Assembly: GCF_009914755.1 (NCBI RefSeq)
Contig: NC_060937.1
Source: the human T2T-CHM13v2.0 reference genome, Homo sapiens
Length of the DNA: 64,000 nucleotides
Reading direction: 5' to 3' (one strand)
Every line of letters begins with the position of its first letter. The first letter of the stretch is position 1. A model generated the notes under the pieces. The model searched no databases and had not been told where the DNA came from. It saw nothing but the letters and a program-made list of their open reading frames with translations. Made by a program: the position numbers and the translations under genes. Below, in pieces: positions 26,314 through 39,689 of the stretch.

Positions 26314-26743
26314 CGAAAATTTTAAATTGTGCAACATTTTTAGTAGCTTGATGAAATCTCTTGTCTTTGGACCTCTTCCCACCTGGCTATAATCAACCCT
26401 TTGTCAAAAATATCCCTGCTGTATATACTAGCTACCAGTTAGGTACTTACTTACCATCTCGGATATCAGATGGACAGATCACAAGAAGAAGAGTGAGTAT
26501 AGCAATAAGAGAAAGAGAGAGACTACATTCACTTAACGTCTTTTATTATGGTATATTTTAATAATTGTTTTATTATTAGGTATTGTTGTTAACCTATTAT
26601 TGTGCCTAATTTATAAATTAAACATTGTCATTGGTATGTATGCATAGAAAACTCAGTATATTTTGGGTTTGGTACTCTCCATAGTTTCAGACATGCCCTG
26701 GGAGTCTTGGAATATATCCTTCTCAGGTAAGAGGAAACTACTG
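26314..26743 (-). mobile_element. MER44B (TcMar-Tigger) fragment with one terminus missing
   Basis: Terminus ...taagaggaaactactg followed by ta. Body tgtgcctaatttataaattaaac, cagatcacaagaagaagagtgagta, ttttaaattgtgc matches the recalled MER44B consensus. It abuts the L1 5' end. Confidence 0.82.
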
Positions 26744-26837
26744 TATCTCATTTGCATGTGTAAATACACACATATATTTACATACATGATATATATGCAA
26801 ATATGTATACAGACTTATTTTGATAAGTATTTTTATC

Positions 26838-27130
26838 ATTTTTTTTTAAGACAGGGTCTTTTTCTGTCACCCAGGCTGGAGTGCAGTGGTGCAATCATGT
26901 CTTGCTGCAACCTCTGCCTTCCAGGCTCAAGTGAGCCTCCTACCTCAGCTTCCTGAGTAGCTGGGACCACAGGTGCACACTACCACACCTGGCTAATTTT
27001 TTGACGTCTTTTTAGAGATGACGTGTCACTACATTACCCAGGCTGGTCTCAGACTTCTGAGTTCAAATGATCCTCCCATCTCGGCCTCTCAAAATGCTGG
27101 GATTACAGGCATGAACCACCGCACCTGGCC
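26838..27130 (-). mobile_element. AluJ (Jb-like)
   Basis: gacagggtct, gcaatcatg, caggctcaagtgagcctcc, gatcctcccatctcggcc; T-tail at about 26838. Confidence 0.9.
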
Positions 27131-27146
27131 TAGTATCTTTATTTAT

Positions 27147-27307
27147 ATATATTATATATGGAGAGACAGATGATACACATGTAAATATTATATATGGAGA
27201 AACAGATGATACACATATGTCACATATATTATAATATATAATATTACATATGTATTATATGTGTACAGATGATACCCACACTATATATAATATATATATT
27301 ATATATA
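27147..27307. repeat. TA-rich low-complexity tract with a ~36-bp duplicated unit
   Basis: atattatatatggaga(g/a)acagatgatacacat occurs twice in tandem, followed by a partial third acagatgatac. Confidence 0.85.
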
Positions 27308-27621
27308 TTTTTTTTTTTTTTTCCCCTACTTGCTCTATCCACAGAGTGGTCCTGGGAGCGGCATCACTCCAATAACACAGCATCTAGATCATGGTTTCTG
27401 AATGACCTTCAACACTAGAAAGAATTGGGATTTCCAGGTCCAAGGCAAGAAAAGGGTAAGATGGATCTGAAAAACATTGTGCTGCAAATTGAGAAAGTAT
27501 TCAATAAATGAAGATGCATAACATACACAGAAGCCAGCTTTAAGTGACTTTGATCAGATCTGAGCTAATGTGAAGACTAAAATAAGGATAACATATTATA
27601 ACCTAATACATGAGTCCATAG

Positions 27622-28325
27622 TACATTAGTTTGCTAGGGCTGCCATAAAAAGTACTGAAGGTTAGCTGGGCCTGGTGGCTCAAGCCTGTAATCCCAACAC
27701 TTTGGGAGGCCGAGGCGGGCAGATCACGAGGTCAGCAGGAGATCGAGACCATCCTGGCTAACACCGTGAAACCCCGTCTCTACTAAAGAATACCAAAAAA
27801 AGTAGCCAGGCCTTTTGGCGGTCGCCTGTAGTCCCAGCTACTCCGGAGGCTGAGGCAGGAGAATGGTGTGAACACGGGAGGCGGAGCTTGCAGTGTGCCG
27901 AGATTGTGCCACTGCACTCCAGCCTGGGTGACAGAGCAAAGACTCCATCTCAAAAAAAAAAAAAAAGAAAAAAAAGTACTGCAGGCTAGGTGGCTTAAAA
28001 AAAATAAACTAATTTTTTTTTTCACAGTTCTGCATGCTAGAAGTCTGAGATCAAGGTGTTGATTCAAGGCTGTGAGGGAAAGATCTGTTTGAGGCCTGTG
28101 TGGCTTGTGGATGGCTGTCTTCTTCCTGTGACTTCACATATATTCCCTCTGTAAATGTCTGTGTCCAGATTTCCTGTTCATAGGAATACTGGTCATATTT
28201 TATTAGGATCCACCATAATGACCTCATTTTAACTTATCACTGTAAATATCATGTCTCCAAATACAGTCACATTCTTAGGTGCTGAGGGTCAGAACAGGAG
28301 GTGGGACACAATTCATCCCATGACA
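27622..28325 (-). mobile_element. MLT1B-like solo LTR, interrupted by AluY
   Basis: attagtttgctagggctgccataa...tcacagttctg..agaagtctgagatcaaggtgtt...aatgacctcattttaactt...ggacacaattcatcccatgaca. TSD catag/cttag. Confidence 0.85.
27665..27970 (+). mobile_element. AluY
   Basis: gagatcgagaccatcctggctaacac, gagaatggtgtgaac, ggagcttgcagtg. TSD aaaaagtactgaaggtta/aaaaagtactgcaggcta. Confidence 0.93.
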
Positions 28326-29149
28326 CTTAGTGATATGAATTATTATATAAATAAATTAATAGTGTGGAATAGTATGCCCTGTAATTCCATAAAATGCCAA
28401 TGAATAATAATCACTTTTTAGTGGAGTAACCAGAATATACCTTCAAATCAAGTGATTTGAATTAACGTTTACTTAGCTTGCCTCTTGATATAATACATAC
28501 AGAAAACCATAGCACTGCTTCTGTAATATTCCTACTATAGTTGCGCATCTTGAATATGATCGTGTGGAAAGAGCATAGCAACTCAAACCTAGGCATATTT
28601 TAAAGACCACTTTCCAGTGTTCTTAAAAAACATCAATATTTATAAAAAACAGGAGACTGAAAAACTCTTCTTGATTGAAGAGACCAGACAGTTGTGATAA
28701 CTACGTACAATTAGCAATCCTGTATTGCATCTTAGATCTCTGAAGGCCATTGTTAATCAGCAAAATTTAGATGGGATCTTTAAATTAGTTGGCAGAATTA
28801 AATCACTGTTGACTGCTTTATGTTGATGGTTGTATTGTGGTTATTCGGGAGAGTGCTCTGCTTAGCAAAAATACTAAAGTACTAAGTGTGGATGAAGCAT
28901 TGTGACTAATGAATAATAAGACAAATATGGTAAAATCCTGGATTGTCTGGATGATGGAGGATTGCAAACATGGAAGTTCTTTTTACTATCCTGTAAATGT
29001 TTTGATGAGGCTGAAGTTATTTTAAAGCAATCCCCTCCCCCCAAAAAATACACAAATAGCATCGAGATATTTTTGTATAAAATTTCTTTCTAAACTTCGA
29101 AGAAGAGGATCCACTTCCCTCTACCAAAACTGAAGGTTAGCAGATCCTT

Positions 29150-29950
29150 CTGTTCATTACCAACACTCCTTTTAGATGTTGTATCTGTTACAACATCTTG
29201 GATGCGTATGTTACATAGAATATGCGGTGTTGCTTTAAATGTTTATATTTTAATTTCATTTTGCTATACATCCAATTTAGTATTCTATCTTTTTAAAACT
29301 TAATACCTACTTTGAGTTCTATGTATATTGTATGTTCATTCCGTTCACCAATTTTAACTTATAGTACATTCCACTAGAAGAACTTATATTTTAAATTTTT
29401 TTTCTTCTAGTGACGCGCATGTAGGTTTCTTCCAATTTCTAAATGACACAAAAAAACCTACAATAAACTGCCTTTGGTGTATCTGCTCAGTAATCTGTGT
29501 GAGAATTTCTTCTGGACATAACTAGGTTTGGGTCCTTGAATTATAAGCTGTCTGTATACATTATGTCTCTAAATAACTACCAAATTTATTTCCAAAATAG
29601 CTGTAACAGAGCCCTTGTTGGTTTTTAATGTTGTTAATATCTTCTTTGTCAATATTGTCTATGATGTACTACATTAAACTTATATCCTTAAATTTGCTAT
29701 ATTTATACCAATTAACTTTAAACTCAATAAATGTGGATTTTAAGTAATTTTTCTTCATTTCAAAGTTACAAAAACATTATTCTATATTTTCTCCATTATA
29801 AATTATTACTATTCACATTCAGATCTTAAATTATTCAGAATGCCCTTCTGTATATAATGTTATTTAGAGATTCAACTTTTTTTTTACATATAGAGAGCCA
29901 GTTTTTTATTGCTAGCCCCTGAAAATCAACATTTAAAAAAATTACCGTGT
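29150..29950 (-). mobile_element. L1ME-type fragments
   Basis: catgtaggtttcttccaattt, tgtgtgagaatttcttctgga, ttccaaaatagctgtaac are antisense old L1 3' motifs. Confidence 0.5.
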
Positions 29951-30059
29951 GATTTGTCAACAAAAGCCAAAAATTGATGTTTTTTAGCAAGCATGACTAA
30001 TTAAAACACTAAGAAAAATAAGAATTTATGGAAACAAATTTAGAATAAACTATGGCTCA

Positions 30060-30430
30060 AATCCTACAGACAATGGCATAAGGCATGAAAATCAAATAAT
30101 AAGTATAAATATTTTAAAAAGTTTTAACTCAGTTAATATGGTTGCATACATAGAATATCCAATAACAATTAAAAATTTGTTGAAACAAATAAAAACATTT
30201 AGTGAAATGACTGGATTTAAAATAAATATACAAAACAACTAACTTTTATGTGCCTTAAAAAACAGCCATGGAATCAGAACAATACTCGTGTCTAAATTGA
30301 GAAGAAATTTTAAATATGCATATGTTAATTACCTAAATTACCTAGAGTTAGTCATTCAAGAATATGTATATACTTCAAAACAATACATTGTTCACAGTAA
30401 ATACATACAATTTTATGTCAATTAAAGTAA
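30060..30430 (+). mobile_element. Old L1 ORF2 fragment plus a short L1MA 3' terminus
   Basis: atatggttgcatacatagaatatcca...tttagtgaaatgactggatttaaaataaatatacaaaa, then tatatacttcaaaacaata...tacaattttatgtcaattaaa. Confidence 0.5.
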
Positions 30431-30545
30431 CAATAATAATGATACAAGACCTATATCAAGAATATTATTCTTTTTAAAGCACTATGTTGGAATTCATTGT
30501 TGTTTTAAAACTACCTTCATTTTAAAAAACTTTCAGGATTTTTGA

Positions 30546-30873
<328 letters not shown>

Positions 30874-32264
30874 TATTCTAAGCATTTCAATCTTCCATAC
30901 TTCATTTCACTGTAGTTTGAGTATTGCAGCAGTACAATAAATTTAACAATACCTATATGGTGGGTTTTGTTGGTCTCTAAATTTACCCATTTACCAATGT
31001 TTAGATATAAGGGTCTATTGTAAGTTTGTGGTGAGGTGTAACTATAGGCCCATTCTGCTTCTCCTTTTTTCCCCTCCTGTCTCATTTTACCACATTGGCT
31101 AGCCCATTCAGAGAGCTACTATAGACAATGATTGGAGGTTCATTTGTAAATGCTTTAACATTCCTTTTACTAGTCTGAGACAGGCAGGCCAAAACAAGCT
31201 GCAATATACATGGCAGTTTTTAAAAATCTTTCTGCTATTTTCTGTTTTTAATGGAGTAGTAACTTTTGTAAAAGTAATAATAAACACCCTTTTACTTAAT
31301 TTCTGCAACAATTTACTCCTGGAAATTGCCAGAATAACTACTGTCACAGGTTATTTGTTCAAATGTCATCAGATCTTGTTTATAATTTATATAGAGTGAT
31401 AAGTTAAAAAAGATTTTGGATATAGATATCAATGCTATCTATATTGTATAGCATGTTTTATACAGTTATAATATATAAAACATATTTGAAATATGTCCAA
31501 ATTAATGTCATTTATTATTTTAATGTTTGCAGCATATTTTAACTAGAACTTTCAAAAACTACGTGCAAAGTGCTGACCTAGAAAGAGGCCTCTTAAAAAT
31601 CATTTACTATGGATTTCTTACAGAATGAAACACTCCTCTCTTCTGTATTTGCCATCAATTTCTTGTGAGATCCAATTCAAAAATCTGATCCTGATCCTTT
31701 AAGACTTAAATGAGGTAGATAAGAAGTTGTGCCCTCTAATGTACTGTGCTTTTTACAAAGTGGGACCTTTAAAAGCATATACACACAGTAGTAGACATTT
31801 GCTACATGATGAAACTAAATGAATAATTATTCTATTACTATTAAAATCAAATTCCATAACTTTCATATTGTGCATATTGTGACTTCCTTTACTAATATTC
31901 AAGTGTTCTGTTTTGCCATGAGAAATTGCATAAACTTTTCTTACATCTTCATTACTTATATAAAGTATTTCCAGCAGAGCACCTTTCGGATTACAAAGTG
32001 CCGTCAACATACATTGTTCAAGTTTATAAATTGTAAATTGTTATTTCCTAAAATTACCCTAAATCTTCAGGGAGATTTCAAATCTTTTAGACCAAAGCAC
32101 AGACTCCACTCCTTTAAAATCCATCAGACACTTCATATGTATACATATTTTCTTATCCTATAGAGAATATGTGAAAAGTGGCAATCACAAACTTCATTAA
32201 CAAGCCTAAAATCATGTGCCCTGGATTACATAAAAGTGAGAGTTCATACATTAGTTATGTTGAC

Positions 32265-32439
32265 CAGCACTAGCTATATAATTGGTGAGGCCAAATGAGA
32301 AATGAAGACTTAAAGGCCCTTGTTTAAAAATTGTTAAAAATTTTTTGATAGTGACAGTAAAGCATTAAATCAAGCATGGTGCCCTTCTGACTGTGGTTCT
32401 GTAAGTGACTGCAGTTTGCCTGCCCGTGAAGTAATCCTG
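32265..32439 (-). mobile_element. MER45A hAT-Tip100 DNA transposon
   Basis: ggcccttgtttaaaaattgttaa...agcattaaatcaagcatggtgcccttctga matches the recalled MER45A consensus. cag...ctg termini. 8-bp TSD atgttgac/attttgac. Confidence 0.85.
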
Positions 32440-33053
32440 ATTTTGACTGTGTATGCAATTGGTTAACAGAAATAAAAAAAAAAAAAGTGAAAACTATTAT
32501 TTGTCTGGCACGGGTTGGGTTCTCGTATCTTGGATCTTTTTCTATAAAATAGAAACCGTGAGAACTACTGTTGTCTTATTCTATGGATGAAGACACATAG
32601 GCAAAGATTTTGCAATTTCACCCATATCTTCTGGAATATAAAATGCTTCTACCCTTAATTTTTATTCAGAGATGAATTCTAAATTAGTCAATGCAATTAT
32701 AAGAGGTGGGGACTTTAAGGAGTTTAATCTAATCATGTACTTTGAAAGATGTAACAAGTGCAACTAAAAGGAAGATTTTCTAGTCAACCTCTACTCCTGG
32801 TACCAAGCTTATGTTTATGAAATTCTTATGTGATTCTTATTCATGATTTTGGATATTTCCACAAGGTGGAACATTTTTCTTTTAAACTCTTTTGCAGTGT
32901 CTTTAAGTAGCGTAGGGTTAGAAGTAAAGTAAGTAAATAATTTTAGTTTTTCTTTTATCTCTAATTACAGGGCTTGGATGAGGGCCCAGTTTTCATTTCC
33001 TCACATCTAATAAAGCTTCTGGATGATAGTGACAAAATAAAAGTGATCTAAAT

Positions 33054-33469
<416 letters not shown>

Positions 33470-33689
33470 TCAGTGTCCACACTTACATTGCTGTTCAGCT
33501 TCGTATAAGTAATTAAGTCACATTCATATCTACCACTCACATTTTTCCATAATATGTTATGGAAAAAAATCATTTTTGTCGTGATATACTTTGCTGGAAA
33601 TTTCAGGGTTAAGAATTTATAATAATTTTAAAAAATTTAAATACCAAATACGTAAAAAATTGTAAAATTTGTTTTTAAGTTAATATTTA

Positions 33690-35560
33690 AATGAACATGT
33701 TTATGCACATGTATTCTTCCTTCAGGATTATTTCTTTGAGCAAAATCTCAAAGGACTAATTACTGACTCAAAGGTTATAGACTTTACTAAAATCAACTTT
33801 AAATTTTTTCCTAATTATAAAGAAATTTAAAAAGTTATTTTAGACAATTAGAAAATACACATGATATAAATAGAAAGATCATCCCACATTACAGTAAACA
33901 TAATTAGTCACTATTAAAATTTTAGCATAGATGTGTGTACTCTTATTACTCTGTGTGTGAGTGCATATATTTGAAACATCTACTGTATTAGTACTTTACA
34001 TATGGTTGTATATTGTGTCTTTTTCATTTAACATTTTAGCATTAGCTTTTTCTTGGGACACTAAAAATATTACAAAATAATAATTTTTAATATCTCTGCA
34101 ATATCCTTTTGAAAAGATTGTACAGTATTTCTCTCCTTTAGCCATTTTACCATCATTAATACTTAAATTCAAACTTGTGCTTATATGAAAGTAATGCTGT
34201 GATAAATATAATTGGTGAATATTTAAGTTACATTTTAAACAGATTAAATTACCAGATCAAAATCTCCTGTTTTTTTAAACATTGCCAGGTTGCTCTCCAT
34301 AAAGGCTGTACTAATTTACACTCCCAATTAGAGTGCATGAGAGTGCCTATTTTACTGTCAGCTTAAAGACTTAAGTGAGTTTTAAAACATCAATTTTATT
34401 TGGCATAAATGATTTCTTATTGTTTTTACTTGTCTTCATCATGAATCAATTTGTTCAGATGAATATTGGCTATTGTCTTGCCAAGTATCTATTGGGACTT
34501 TGTAGTTTTTAAAAAGTGACTGGTAAGAATTTATTACAATTTAAATGTGTTAATGCTTTTCAAATATGCTCAAGTTATTTTTCCATCCTTTGTTTTCATC
34601 CATAATACCCAATTATTTATATGATTATTTGTTTATTTATTGTAAAATCTTTGACTAAAAAAAACTGAAAAGAAGTTTGGAAAAAATAGAAAAAATTCAG
34701 AGGGATTGGTGCTTTGGTGTCATTTTGTAGACAGATTGATTCAGAAAGGACCATTGACTGGAGGGAATTACCTGAATGAAATGAGCATCTTCCCTAAGTT
34801 GAAGTGACTACCTTGTAGCTTCTGCCTGTTTCCTTTCTTTCTTTTTTCAGTAGTAACACCCAATTACTGTCACTAATTAAAACTGTTTTCTACCTATTTG
34901 TTTTTGCTGTAGTTTTAAATAGGAATTATGGATTTTGTAATTTATCAAATGCATTTTTGGCATTTCTGGAGAAGACCATATGCTTTGTTTCACGTTTGAC
35001 TTACTGGCATGATGAATCACAGGACTATATTTTCTAGAATAAAATTAACACTTGACATAAATTCTTTGTGGTTATAATTTTTACCTTGTGGCTGGATTTG
35101 CGTGTAGTTTATTGAGAATATTGGTGAAATTAGTGAAGTTAGTCTGTTTTGTTTTGCACTGTTTTTGCATACAGTAGCTTTATAAAATATACTGGAAACT
35201 TTGTAGCTTTTCCTTTGAGTTTAGAGAAAGTAAAACTTAGCAGATTAATGGAAATTTAACAAAGATCTTATGTAATACTTCATGGAACTAGAATTTTCTA
35301 TTTTATAGCATATTTATATCTTTCATAACTAATAATCTCTTGGTTTTACAGTATTTCATCTGTAAATTTTAAAATTTATTCTCAACAGAAAATAGTCTAT
35401 TTTATTGTGGTTTAAAAATATTTTATTGTGGTTTAAAAATGTTAGTATAAATTTTCTAGAGTCACATCTAAAAGTTTTTAGTATTTTTTGCTCATTGTTC
35501 ATTTTTGTGTGCTTTCTCTATTTCCTTATCTAACTATAATTTTAATCATTTTTATATAAA
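33690..35560 (-). mobile_element. Scattered very old L1ME fragments
   Basis: cattgccaggttgctctccataaaggctgtactaatttacactccca..gagtgcatgagagtgcc and ttatcaaatgcatttttggcatt are antisense L1 motifs. Confidence 0.55.
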
Positions 35561-35577
35561 ATATTTTGCTCTGGGGC

Positions 35578-36070
35578 ATTTTACATTTTATAATTTATTT
35601 TAATTTTATACTTTTTAATTTTATAATTAAAATATATAATATAAAATATATATTATATAGAATTTATATATAATATATTATATATTATATATTATATAAT
35701 ATATATTATATAATATATAATATATAATATATAATATATAATATATAATATATAATATATAAATTCTATATATAATATATTATTATAATATATATAATAT
35801 ATAATATATAAATTCTATATAATATATAATATATAAATTCTATATAATATATATTATATATAATTTATATATAAAGATATAAATAAAATTAAAATATATC
35901 AATAAAATATTGTTACATATTATATTATTATATTATATATTATATAAAATATATACTTTATAAATATAGAAAATAACAAATATAAAATAAAATATAAAAT
36001 TGTAATTAAAATTAATTTAATTTTATAATTTTATAAATTTAATTTATATAATATTTTAATTTTATAATTT
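35578..36070. repeat. Almost purely A/T low-complexity island
   Basis: About 490 bp with only a few G/C; built from (tataata)n and repeated tataaattctatata units. Confidence 0.95.
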
Positions 36071-38149
36071 ATCTCTATATTTATCATCATAGTTTTTTCC
36101 TCCTTTTCTTAAACTTGCTATATTTTTTCTTCATAGTTAAATGACAAATTAATATACACAATTATTTTATTTACAAATTAAAACAACTACAAGGTAATTA
36201 CTTTCTGTTGAATATACCTTTAGCCATAACTTAACACGTCGTGAAATGCAAAGCAATAGATAATTGTTTTCTGCATATTTTTAATAAAAATATTTATTTC
36301 TTTGGTCAACTTTATTTTAAAACTAGCATTTTATTTTTTCATTTTAGTTTTAAAAAGAGAAAGTACTTTACAATTACAGTCATCATTAATTTGATTTTAT
36401 TTAGTCTTTATTTACTCTTTTCTGTTTTATTAGTTAGAGTAATGCTGGCTGCTATAATCAGCAAGTATCCAAATTTCATTATATATCTCAATAAAATTTT
36501 AACCTCTCACCTAATAGTACATTGTGGGTTAATGATTGAACTTTCTCCACTTTGTGATTCAGGGACAGGCTTATTCCTTTTTCTTTCTTCAGTGACTAAG
36601 ACCTCAGAATTATTGTCTTCCATCTTTTATTTCTGATATGCCATTAATATATATCTCATTTTTGTACCAGTTTTATTTCAAACTATTTTATGTTCCTAAA
36701 TTTGTAATCCTTTTTTATAAAGTATCATATTTAAAACTTTTATTATAAAAATAATGCCACCACCAAATCCTGTAACAGAAATATATACATGCAAACCTGG
36801 GCTTCATTTACCATGTATAAAATTTTATCCCTTACTAAATTTAAGCTCCTTATTTTAATCTCAAATGTCCTGCTGTTTCAGAAGCATTACTCTAGAAGGA
36901 CCTCAAGGATCTACTCCACTCTTATCCTCAACCTTGAAGAGAAAAAAAGTTACTATGGATTAATTTAAGACCAACAAGACTATTGAGCTATATGCAATAT
37001 TTTGGGTTGGAGTTTTCTGTGTGGAGAAAAAAGGGGCTAAAATTTCTTATATCCTATGCCATGGATTCGATGGATTTCTCTCTTTTGCATAATCTCTTTG
37101 ATATCTCTGATTGGATTCTCAACACTTTTTGAAATCTACTCTTTGATTTTTCTCTTGGATACTCTTTCTTTCAAAACCTTACTTGGTTTGTGCTACAAGA
37201 CGCTGTTAAAGCTGTCTGTAATTTTGGAGGGAATCTCATTTTCAGGCCAAGGAATAAGTAGAACAGGTTCCAGAATTAAGACAGTTCATCTAGACAGCTC
37301 ACATCTGGACATGACTATTCATGAGGCCAGGCTTGTTAAAGAAATTTAAAATTCATACTAATATGTAATGTTTGTCTAACCTTATCATCTATATTAACCT
37401 CTTACAAGGCTGATCTCCCCCATCCTGTTTACTTATTTTGTGTTACTTGTTCTCAAAATAATATTAGTGAAATTTTATCTGTCTACCTCACTCTCCATCA
37501 GGTGAAACTTAAAGCCACTTCTCCAGTATTTAACATTAAGGACTATGTGTACGGTCAATATTCAGTTCAAGAAACTTAGCAGTGGGAAAAAGTATCCTGA
37601 TATCACAAGATACATTTATTCTAGTATTATTATGGCAGTGATGCTGTGAAGTCTATTTTATTTAAAAAAAACACTTTTCTTTTTAGTGTAGGCTTTTCTA
37701 TATAAGCAGACTTTTTTCCTAGTGTCACTTCCTTCTGTGTAACAGAAGCAATAACTCAGAGAAAGGATCCACCACCTGATGACTGTCCCTTCATGTGGTT
37801 GATATAGATTTTGAGAAGCCTACAAAAGCTCTTTACAAATGCTGTTTTTCTTACTGGGAAACGGATTCCAGGTGGAGAGCCTATTTGTCCGATGACTGTC
37901 CCAATTTCAGTCACTTATGTCACTACATTGGGAAAGGGGGCTGATAGAAATCTGCTTCACTTTTCCTTAGAAAACTCCTTATAGATTTCCATTTAAGAAT
38001 TATAAAATAATATATGTTAAAGATGTAAGTAATTTTTAGTTCACATTTAAAAAAATTACTAATCTTATTTTTAGGCACTTGTTCAGCACAGCACAGTCAT
38101 CCTTTGGTATTTTTTTCTTATTCCTCTGAGACTTATGTCTATTTCTGAT

Positions 38150-38430
38150 TCTGTTCCCTAAGCCCTCTGTGAGAATAGAAAGGCAATGAACTCATTTGAT
38201 TTTTGTTTTAGCGGTGCCTGTCTTTTCAGTCAGTAAATTGCTCTGGCCATCTGTGAGAAACTCTACTCTCTCTGTCGCTGACCTTTTGTTCCTTTCATGT
38301 TTGAAAAACGTCTTATTATTTATCTTAACATCTTCTGCAGCCTTCCTTACATTTGTCACCTTTCCTTTTCTTATCATATTTTTCTTTTACATTGCAAGCT
38401 CTGAAATCATTTTTAGATTCATAGATTTTG
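38150..38430 (-). mobile_element. Ancient CR1/L3-clade LINE ORF2 fragment (endonuclease-RT linker)
   Basis: Minus ORF 38192-38377 IRKGKVTNVRKAAEDVKINNKTFFKHERNKRSATERVEFLTDGQSNLLTE resembles the recalled CR1 ORF2 motif IRKAK..E..LA.DVK.NKK.FFKY.RSKR..RE.VGPL.D..G.L.T. Confidence 0.65.
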
Positions 38431-39257
38431 CATGCAATTTTCTTTCCCTGATACTCCTTTTTTTCGCATTTCGTATAGGTAGTGCAAAAATTGTCTTACT
38501 GTCTTCATGTTCCTATGCAATGCATTTACTCTAGTCATTCAATACAATAAATGTAAAATGCTTAGTTACTTTTAGTTGTTTCTTATTTCTATCTTAAATT
38601 TTAAAATGAAGTGGTAAAAACAGTATTCACTTAATCATTCATTAATCACATTTATACAAAATACCTATGGTGCTTTGATGCTTGTAATCTGTCTTAAGTA
38701 AGTTCAACTTAAGGAAAAGTATATACTTTTCCTGGTTCTTAATACAGCGTGTTTGATTTTTTTTTCCTTCCGTTTATTCTTCTGGGGTGTATATAATGCT
38801 CACAAATATGTCAACACGTAGGCCCACACAGGGCAAAGGTCACTATGTGAAACTCTACTCCTTTTAGTATACATCGTTGTCCAAAATTATGAATGACGTA
38901 TTTTCTTAAAACATCCAAATATTTTATCAATAGTATCTGTTTATCCAAGGAATGTTTATTCAATGAGAAAGACCCTGTAATAACTATCCACATGACCATG
39001 CATTTTTGTAGTACATGAAAGCTGCCTTGATTGAGGCAGGACTTGGGAGAACCAGGTTCTCTATTACCTTCAGCCATGCAGAAAAGCTTCAGTCACCCTG
39101 AGATATATGAACTCTGAAATGTATAATGTTTAAAAATGTTTACGTGGTATAATGATTTTAGAAAATTAAGACCAAGTTAGCAAACCGTGAGTTTTAAGTC
39201 AAGTAAAATTGTCTTTAATTTCCCTTAAAATAAACAAACAAACAAACAAAAAACCTT

Positions 39258-39504
39258 GATATTTACTGGGTGCTTACTGTGTGCCAGGTGCTGTTATAAG
39301 AATTTACATGAATTAATTTGTATAATCTTTAATAATAAAACTTATAAGGGAGGTACATTACTGGCTCCATTTTATGTATGAAGAAACTAAGAAAAAGAGA
39401 GTACAGGTAACTTCTGCAAGCTCACATAAGGAATAAATGGTAGTGATGAATTTGAACCTGGAATGTCCTGCTCTAGAGTTCAAGCTCTTACTCACTATGC
39501 CATA
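39258..39504 (-). mobile_element. MIRb SINE, nearly full length
   Basis: atttactgggtgcttactgtgtgccagg...ccattttatgtatgaagaaactaag...atttgaacctgg...gctcttactcactatgcca. Confidence 0.88.
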
Positions 39505-39689
39505 TCTGGATTCCTCTATCTATTTAATCTTTCTATCACCGATTATCTATCAATTAATTACCGATATAAATAATCTAAATGCACACATTGTATAACCCGA
39601 GGATTGAAAATTAGTATAAAAATACATGGCAATAATAAATAACACTGCCATATTGCAGCCTGGTTACAGAGTTTTTCGACATTTCATTT

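Larger units (their letters stand above)
27320..29030 (+). mobile_element. Old L1 3' UTR (L1MC/L1MD class), interrupted by MLT1B
   Basis: tagatcatggtttctgaat, catgagtccata, cttctgtaatattcct, tgatggttgtattgtggttat, ggaagttctttttactatcctgtaa are L1MC4-type 3' UTR motifs. Confidence 0.65.

Noticed and set aside
27665-27700. ggctcaagcc variant in an AluY, reminiscent of macaque-lineage AluY
   Set aside because: The other lineage-specific positions I recall are absent, and one substitution cannot assign species.
37056-37349. 97-aa ORF with a hydrophobic, signal-peptide-like N-terminus
   Set aside because: The hydrophobicity follows from T-rich composition. No promoter, splice or family support.
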